Shown one piece after another: positions 26,276 to 32,218 of a DNA stretch of 32,218 bases (positions are counted from its first letter, which is position 1; every line of letters begins with the position of its first letter). The translations under genes and the position numbers were made by a program. Below the pieces are notes generated by a model that was not told the DNA's origin, ran no database searches, and saw nothing but the letters and a program-made list of their open reading frames with translations. Origin of the DNA: a virus (lineage: Duplodnaviria; Heunggongvirae; Uroviricota; Caudoviricetes; Crassvirales); the IMG/VR virus record IMGVR_UViG_3300020050_008479; one strand, 5' to 3'.

Positions 26276-29200
26276 CTAATTGTTAGCTGCATCTTTTCTG
26301 TATCCTCCGAATGGATACGTTTCTCCTAGATTTCTCTGTAAGTGTGCTTCATCTGAAAAAGGAGTAAAAGAAAACTTTCTTACTTTCATCTCTATAGAAT
26401 CAAAGTTAGCTTTCATTCCTCCGTCAACATCTAAGACTCCTCCTCCCCATGCTCTTGTAGGATTTACAAGCCATGGTTTTGCCGGTAATGGAGAACTAGG
26501 AAACCACAATCCAAATGTAAAGAATCCTGGAATGTCTGGTATTGTTGGTCCATCAACAGTGTTTGTATTGGTTCTTTTTAAAACTCCATCAATGTAAAAT
26601 TCAACTCTATCAAAATGCCAGTCGTATCTTAATGTGTGATATTGCCCATCTGCTATATTGAATCCTACAGGTGTAAGGTTATCTCTATATTCTTCCCAGT
26701 ATGACGGATCTGTTATTGGAACGTCCCAGTTTTTCAATTCTCCTCTCCAAGTATTGCATTTCATGTTAGATAATGAAGGATCTGATAAAACGCCTCCATC
26801 TAGGTGAGAAGGAAACTCTATATCAATTTCGTGATTTCTAGTTACATAGAATCCATCTTCTACAGTTCCTTGCTGATGCAATCCTTCTACATTTATCATG
26901 TCTTGATAATTAAGTGATGTTGGATAAACCTCGTTATAAAAAAATGTCCATATTGCATACGCTACTCCAAGGTTATTTGGTATAAAAGCTTCAACTTCGT
27001 ATCTGCCAAACCCTGTTCTTTTATTGTAAACAACACATCCTCCAACTCTATTAGTCCATGGCTGTCCAAGTTTTGGATCGTCAGGATGAGTGTGAAATTT
27101 AGGAAGAGTTTCTCTGTCTACTCCTTGTTGAGTTCCTGAATACAAATCACCGTTTCCTTTTATTATTAATTCTCCTCCTCTTATGAAAACATTTTCAGTA
27201 ACAACTCCGCCATTAGCTCCACCCCAGGCCTTGTTTAACTTATAGTAATTTGTAGTTAATGTTTTTGGATCGCTAAAGTCATCTATAAATTGCTGAGTCT
27301 CCACTTCTGGAGCAACAATGTTTATCATGTAGTTTGACGACTGAGTAATTACAGATCTAACAAATAAGTTGTATTCTCCTAATGGAATTACGTCTGTCTT
27401 TGGAATTGTAACTCCTATAGATGTATTTGTTATTCCTCCTACGTATATCGATGGTATTGTATATTCAACTAATGTTGTTGTATTCTTTAACACAATTTCC
27501 GGAGTTGGCTTTACCTTTAATATTTCTATGATAGTTGGACTAGCGTAGCTTTTATACTTAACGTAAACATTTGCGAACGAACAGTTTATAGCAGAGTCAA
27601 CTAATCCTGCTGTAATTCCAGCTCCAACCTTTATTGGATAAGCCACTGTAGCCGGCGGTATAACAAGACCGGTAAAGTCAATAGTTAATTTAACTCCTGC
27701 TAAGTAAATGAAAGTGTATGCTGCTGATAATCCTTTTCTATTATAAACAAATTTGTTCCATCCAACAGAAACAGTTTCTAAAGAACCAAAAGTTTGAGTA
27801 ATTCCTAATTGCTTAAATTCAAGATAAACTTTATTGTCTACGCCAACATACATCGCTCCATAATCATCGTCAGTTCCGTAATGAAACAAAAATCTCTTTA
27901 CTCCTAATGTAGGTATATGTGCCCACATTGCAAAAATTCCGTCATTCTTTCCATCCGCTCCAACTAGATTGCGTGAATTAAATCCAGTTTCAGACGATGG
28001 AGATAATTGAAAGTAAGTGTCAGGACCAGTTATCTTCCATGATTTTATATTGTCAGTCTCTCCAAATAAACTATTGACACCTATCGCGTTACCTGATGTT
28101 ATGTTTTCAAACACATCGGAGTAGTTTTGTTTTAATTCAAAATGACCTCCAGTCTTTGGAGATACGAATTGAGAGTCAAGGAATTTAGATCCGTAAATTT
28201 CTAAAACATTGTCAGGATTAAGTGTATATCCTTGAAGAGAACTTACATAGAACACAGAGCTTAAATCTAATTCGTCTCTATTGTAAGACATCTTCCAGTA
28301 TCCATTAATACCTATGTATTTTTTAGATACAGATTTCCAGTTGCCATCAACCCCTATATGTCTGTCTGCTATTCTTTTCCATTCATTACTGTCTCCTACG
28401 TATCCTTTTTGATTCTTTACGTTTAGATATTTTGCTGGAGGTATTCCAACCGGTCCAGCCATTACTCTATTGTACACATATTCATTTGCTTCCCACAATG
28501 TAGTAATCGGGTTATAACCCATCATTCTAAATTTAAACTGAATCCAATTTTCTCCTTTATCTACAACCTCTAAAACACCATAAGACTTGTCTCTACTAGT
28601 AAAACTATTTCCAGAATTTTCTGAACTGTTTATCTGATAAGGTCCTCCTTCGAATTCAACATCTTGATCGAATGGTGATGCACACAGATTAGGTATAAGA
28701 TACTCTTCAGATATTTCAGAGTATTGTCTCCTAACTCCAAATTCATCGGTAGAGAAAATAGCGTTTCTTCCGTCATCCATTGCTTGCATGTGAGAATCTC
28801 CTGATACAATTGTAACGTTTTTAATTTGATTGTCATAAATATAGTTCGCTATCTCTTTCTGTTCTGTTGGATAACTACCCCAACTCATTCCTCCACTAAG
28901 AAAACTCATTCCTAATGGATTTTGAACATCTGCTACATAGCAAATTCCAGAGAACCAAATTATTGATTGACCTGCATTCTTAGCTGCTAATAACTCACTT
29001 TTAAGCCACGCTTTTTGAACAGTGCCTAATGTTGTCTTAGTTGGACTATCTACTGTTTGAATAGGGTCTCTGTGCGTCCTGTTGTTTGTCATGATGCATT
29101 TTACTCTACCCATATTCCAGCTAAAATAAATACTATCAGTTACCGGTGTATTTGAACCAAATGTGTAATGAGGAAAGTTTCTATCATAGAAAGGTATGAA

Positions 29201-30544
29201 TTGAGTGAAGTCGTCATTTTTTGTTGGATTAACTCCAATACTGTCATGATTGTCCGCCATATAGGCCATAGCCTGATTCTTAAAAAAATTAGACATCTTT
29301 GGTGACGCTAATGCTAAATCTGTTGCTTCACTGTAATCATGAGGATCTCCTGTGCCGACGTTTTCATAATGCAAGTCACCCATATGAACAAATAAATCTG
29401 CATTTTCTTCAAGCATTCTATCCCACGTTACGGCATTAGATCCAGTAAAGTTGCACGATCCTGTTATTATCTTAAAGCTTTTGTTTGTTGATGAAAGTGT
29501 TTTAAATGAAAATAAATTTCCAGACTCTGGAATTCCATCAACAATAAAACGTCCGTTGTATTTAGTGCTAGATTCTAGTCCTGTAAAATTATGAAGAGTT
29601 GTTCCTTGATTAGTTAAAGGATTTGCTACACTTAATGTAGATTCAATTACCGTATTAAAGTTCAAGTCTTTTGATATTTGAACCTTAACATTAGCATTAC
29701 TTCCAGCTACCTCTCTTGATAAAAATTTAGATGCCGGTATCCCTACATTTGTATAAGAAGAAGCGTCTGTTCCAAACCTTGTCGTTAATTCTCCATCTAT
29801 TACAAAATTTTTAGCCCTTATTGCAGCACTGTCTGCTGAACTAAATAACGTTTGATTACCTGATCCAGTATAACCAGATGTTAAAAAGTTATCAAATTTT
29901 ACAACTAACGCTACGGTTATACTGCTTGGATGATTTGCAGTAGTGTCTAATATCGGAACTTTCATATTTGTCATATTGTCAAAATACAAGGCGTTCTTTC
30001 CTTTTATTGTTTGAATTCCAAACGTTCCTGCTTGTACTGTGGCTACCCTATTTGTTCCTAATGCGGTAGAGTCATTCCAAGACGTAACTCTGTTTGAACC
30101 ATCTAATACAAGCCCTTCTGAATCGAAGTCTAGAAACGCTCCGGAAATTGTTGGCTTTATAGTGTCAACTGAATTTGCAATGTGTCCGTTGCCTAACTCT
30201 GTACCGGATGGTAACCACCTGTCTGCCAACCAATTTGTTAATGCATTTCTATCAGTATCTCCCAACGCACTATTATAAAATGATATAGTAGGCATCAAAC
30301 CTTTAAACCAAGATCCCCCATTGTAATCTCCTCCGAAGTAAATATTTTCTAAATACCTAGTGCTACCTAATTTGGGAGTTGATACAATCAACTCCCCATT
30401 AAGATATACATTAAGTAATGCTTGATCAAATGTCAATACATAAATACACATTGAATCAGTTAAAGGTCCTATGGTATATGGATTCTTGCCACTTACCGTA
30501 GCTTTGCTGTCAGTAACAGCTCCTATCATTACATTTTTTATCAT
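26276..30544 (-). CDS. Multidomain protein: permuted LamG + FN3 + PhoD-type phosphatase/phosphodiesterase + fibre-like repeats + Ig/LamG + GH16 glycoside hydrolase
   Basis: 1422 aa. PhoD motifs GSC (C364), GDLHY (D390, Y393), DNHD (431-434), SGDSH (D583, H585). GH16 motifs FIDDFS (1086), EIDIE (E1239-D1241-E1243) and YHTLRYDW...VEFYIDG. LamG signatures VYLNG...FGG...FKG...YNSAL and WNKFVY...IYLAG. No signal peptide visible. Confidence 0.85.
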   Translation of the reverse strand: MIKNVMIGAVTDSKATVSGKNPYTIGPLTDSMCIYVLTFDQALLNVYLNGELIVSTPKLGSTRYLENIYFGGDYNGGSWFKGLMPTISFYNSALGDTDRNALTNWLADRWLPSGTELGNGHIANSVDTIKPTISGAFLDFDSEGLVLDGSNRVTSWNDSTALGTNRVATVQAGTFGIQTIKGKNALYFDNMTNMKVPILDTTANHPSSITVALVVKFDNFLTSGYTGSGNQTLFSSADSAAIRAKNFVIDGELTTRFGTDASSYTNVGIPASKFLSREVAGSNANVKVQISKDLNFNTVIESTLSVANPLTNQGTTLHNFTGLESSTKYNGRFIVDGIPESGNLFSFKTLSSTNKSFKIITGSCNFTGSNAVTWDRMLEENADLFVHMGDLHYENVGTGDPHDYSEATDLALASPKMSNFFKNQAMAYMADNHDSIGVNPTKNDDFTQFIPFYDRNFPHYTFGSNTPVTDSIYFSWNMGRVKCIMTNNRTHRDPIQTVDSPTKTTLGTVQKAWLKSELLAAKNAGQSIIWFSGICYVADVQNPLGMSFLSGGMSWGSYPTEQKEIANYIYDNQIKNVTIVSGDSHMQAMDDGRNAIFSTDEFGVRRQYSEISEEYLIPNLCASPFDQDVEFEGGPYQINSSENSGNSFTSRDKSYGVLEVVDKGENWIQFKFRMMGYNPITTLWEANEYVYNRVMAGPVGIPPAKYLNVKNQKGYVGDSNEWKRIADRHIGVDGNWKSVSKKYIGINGYWKMSYNRDELDLSSVFYVSSLQGYTLNPDNVLEIYGSKFLDSQFVSPKTGGHFELKQNYSDVFENITSGNAIGVNSLFGETDNIKSWKITGPDTYFQLSPSSETGFNSRNLVGADGKNDGIFAMWAHIPTLGVKRFLFHYGTDDDYGAMYVGVDNKVYLEFKQLGITQTFGSLETVSVGWNKFVYNRKGLSAAYTFIYLAGVKLTIDFTGLVIPPATVAYPIKVGAGITAGLVDSAINCSFANVYVKYKSYASPTIIEILKVKPTPEIVLKNTTTLVEYTIPSIYVGGITNTSIGVTIPKTDVIPLGEYNLFVRSVITQSSNYMINIVAPEVETQQFIDDFSDPKTLTTNYYKLNKAWGGANGGVVTENVFIRGGELIIKGNGDLYSGTQQGVDRETLPKFHTHPDDPKLGQPWTNRVGGCVVYNKRTGFGRYEVEAFIPNNLGVAYAIWTFFYNEVYPTSLNYQDMINVEGLHQQGTVEDGFYVTRNHEIDIEFPSHLDGGVLSDPSLSNMKCNTWRGELKNWDVPITDPSYWEEYRDNLTPVGFNIADGQYHTLRYDWHFDRVEFYIDGVLKRTNTNTVDGPTIPDIPGFFTFGLWFPSSPLPAKPWLVNPTRAWGGGVLDVDGGMKANFDSIEMKVRKFSFTPFSDEAHLQRNLGETYPFGGYRKDAANN

Positions 30545-30554
30545 GTTATTTTTT

Positions 30555-30875
30555 TTATTCTGGATTAGTATATGTTATCCACTCGTCTCCATTTGCTGGG
30601 ATGCCGGTTGGAACTGACAAAGATACTGTTTTATTTCCAGTTAATATTGCAGAAATTACAGGTCTTGTTGGGTCTGATTTATCTATTGATATATTGTCTC
30701 CTTCTATGACATCTATTAAAACTCCTGTTCCGCCTCCTGTTCCTGCGCAATTCTTGAGACTTATAATAAGTTCCATTACTCTTCTCATGTCAGTAGCGCT
30801 AAGTGTTTTGCACTTTTGAAATCTTAATTGAAGAGCTTGCGCTTCAGGTATGATGTTATTACATTCTATTGCCAT
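30555..30875 (-). CDS. Short tail-fibre anchor/adaptor-like protein
   Basis: 106 aa: three-Cys helical N-terminus, Gly linker (GTGGGTG), the fibre linker motif IEGDNISIDKSDPTRPVISA, and PTGIPANGDEWITY. Confidence 0.6.
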   Translation of the reverse strand: MAIECNNIIPEAQALQLRFQKCKTLSATDMRRVMELIISLKNCAGTGGGTGVLIDVIEGDNISIDKSDPTRPVISAILTGNKTVSLSVPTGIPANGDEWITYTNPE

Positions 30876-30938
30876 ACTGCTTTAATTTAAAATTAACTTA
30901 TATTTATGGTTTAAAAAATTACTTGTTTTCATATTTAT

Positions 30939-31103
30939 TTAATTTAATTTATTATAAAATTTTCTTGTTTCTAAATCAAAGTATGGGTTTTCCATTTCTT
31001 CGGTGCGTAATTCCTCGATAGCTATTTCGTTGTCTTTAAAATTGCTTGTATCCTGAGTAGCATATAATTCTTTGCCTTCTAAGTTGATTATTGTATATGT
31101 CAT
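30939..31103 (-). CDS. Small acidic protein, possible tail-fibre chaperone (below the ORF-track size cutoff)
   Basis: Hand translation: MTYTIINLEGKELYATQDTSNFKDNEIAIEELRTEEMENPYFDLETRKFYNKLN* (54 aa). Its ATG directly abuts the fibre gene stop (TAA ATG). Confidence 0.75.
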   Translation of the reverse strand: MTYTIINLEGKELYATQDTSNFKDNEIAIEELRTEEMENPYFDLETRKFYNKLN

Positions 31104-32216
31104 TTAGTTTACCATTTTAATTGAGTGTATCATTGTTGTGTCTGTAGCGTCTGAATTTTGCAATGAAAAAAACCAATATTGCGTAACACTTGGGTCGTAT
31201 GTAATTACTCCTATTTCAGCAGACGAAACAGCCTCATCGTTTACTGATGAGTATGCTGGGTTATAACTCATTAGTTGCCCATTTTGTAGTGTGAAATTAC
31301 GAACAAAAAGAGCGGATCTTGAAGACGTCGACGATGTAAAAAATCCGATATTAGTAGCTGTAGCAAAATCATCTACTGTGTTTACCCTTACTTTAATAGT
31401 TACCGTTCCCACGGTCCCTAATTTAGATATTCTAGCCTTTAGATTAGGCATGCATGAAGATGGTAATTTACCACCAGCAATAGTATAAGTATGCATTAGA
31501 ACCTCGCTTACACTGCCTGTATTTGTACTTGTTGGCGTGTCTATTATAACTGTCTTAACAGCGTCAAAAGTAGCATCATAAACAGCATCTTCACTCGGCG
31601 ACTTATCTGTTACTCCGTTAGTGATTGTTTGGGTAACTATGTCTGTCGTAGCTAAAGTGTAAGTCCCTGTCACAGTCTTTGCAGGGAAGTTTAATGTTGT
31701 AGTTTGAACTGGATCGTCGATTATTATATTGGTACTCCCTGACGTATTTTGTTTACTTACTTTAAATTCGCCATTATCAACAGCCACTCTCGATGAAATA
31801 GTTGGTGAGTTTGAAAAAATATCAGCATATCCTTTTCCTACAAAAGAACCTCCATCATTACCTGACCCGTCTGAAATGTAGCTACTAAAATTCAATTCTC
31901 CATCTTCATCTCCAAAAAAGATATAGCTATTTCCGCCATCTAATTCTGCATAACCCCCAACATCTATAACTTTCTGTAAATCAATAGAACTATTTAAATA
32001 CTCTTTTGTTATTAATATCTTTCCTGTTGAATCTGCATCAATTAAACCAGTAGTTAAACTTGGAGCTTCTACAGACCCATTTAGCCTAACTTTAAACGCA
32101 TCACTTCTAGTAAGCACAGTATAAGTATTATCTGCATTTTGAATAGTTCCATTACCTACCGTAAATAAAGCTTTAGTAGGTACAGTATTAAAATCTAAAA
32201 TAGATTCTGAAATAAT
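31104..32216 (-). CDS. Tail fibre / receptor-binding protein (5'-partial; true start is outside the window)
   Basis: The frame is open to the right edge upstream of the GTG at 32117 (IISESILDFNTVPTKALFTVGNGT...TRSDAFKVRLNG). LFTVGNG...RSDAFKV resembles the segment that follows YadA-like head repeats in Bacteroidota-associated fibres. The beta-rich C-terminal domain looks like a fibre tip. Confidence 0.75.
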   Translation of the reverse strand: MISESILDFNTVPTKALFTVGNGTIQNADNTYTVLTRSDAFKVRLNGSVEAPSLTTGLIDADSTGKILITKEYLNSSIDLQKVIDVGGYAELDGGNSYIFFGDEDGELNFSSYISDGSGNDGGSFVGKGYADIFSNSPTISSRVAVDNGEFKVSKQNTSGSTNIIIDDPVQTTTLNFPAKTVTGTYTLATTDIVTQTITNGVTDKSPSEDAVYDATFDAVKTVIIDTPTSTNTGSVSEVLMHTYTIAGGKLPSSCMPNLKARISKLGTVGTVTIKVRVNTVDDFATATNIGFFTSSTSSRSALFVRNFTLQNGQLMSYNPAYSSVNDEAVSSAEIGVITYDPSVTQYWFFSLQNSDATDTTMIHSIKMVN

Positions 32217-32218
32217 AT

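Noticed and set aside
26276-30544. Bacterial chromosomal contamination suggested by the PhoD and GH16 domains
   Set aside because: The gene has the same strand, base composition and start context as its neighbours, is tightly packed among phage genes, contains fibre-type repeats and lacks an export signal.
4805-31488. Short plus-strand and off-frame ORFs in the track (60-122 aa, e.g. 4805-5053, 12133-12471, 14617-14985, 26280-26597)
   Set aside because: All overlap long, motif-bearing minus-strand genes largely or entirely, and show the Phe/Ser/Leu/Ile-rich composition expected of antisense frames of AT-rich genes.
1-32218. Stop-codon reassignment (TAG or TGA), known in some crAss-like phages
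   Set aside because: Genes up to 2168 codons are uninterrupted in the standard code, and TAG serves as a true stop at 24532 and 26276.
1-32218. CRISPR array, tRNA/rRNA genes, diversity-generating retroelement, invertible cassette
   Set aside because: No regularly spaced repeats, cloverleafs, reverse transcriptase or recombinase gene, or duplicated template/variable repeats seen by eye; intergenic space is too small. A tRNAscan and self-dot-plot would confirm.

Overview
AT-rich phage DNA with every credible gene on the minus strand, tightly packed and read in the standard genetic code. It is the virion module of a crAss-like phage (Crassvirales), most like the Cellulophaga phi14:2 type with a single-chain virion RNA polymerase. 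Bacteroidota-type TAnnTTTG promoter boxes and A-rich, SD-less start contexts point to a Bacteroidota (probably Flavobacteriia) host. In transcription order (right to left): a tail fibre truncated at the window edge, a 54-aa companion protein missed by the ORF track, a 106-aa fibre-anchor-like protein, a 1422-aa multidomain enzyme (permuted LamG / FN3 / PhoD / LamG-in-Ig / GH16), a metallophosphoesterase, a ring protein, an IHF-like protein, a second ring protein, the tail stabilisation (muzzle) protein, cargo/ejection proteins (180, 164, 1015, 743 and 1731 aa), the 2168-aa virion RNAP (DFDID), and a HExxH zincin protein missed by the ORF track that runs off the left edge. Most interesting observations: (1) a PhoD + GH16 enzyme in the tail region with an apparently circularly permuted LamG domain; (2) cysteines placed at facing termini of three consecutive, almost Cys-free giant proteins, suggesting a head-to-tail linked chain; (3) a repeated aromatic-x-x-GG motif separating the modules of cargo proteins; (4) an apparently split cargo gene; (5) a lytic transglycosylase-like domain inside a cargo protein. 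Family assignments come from motifs read by eye and recalled family knowledge; no database search was run.
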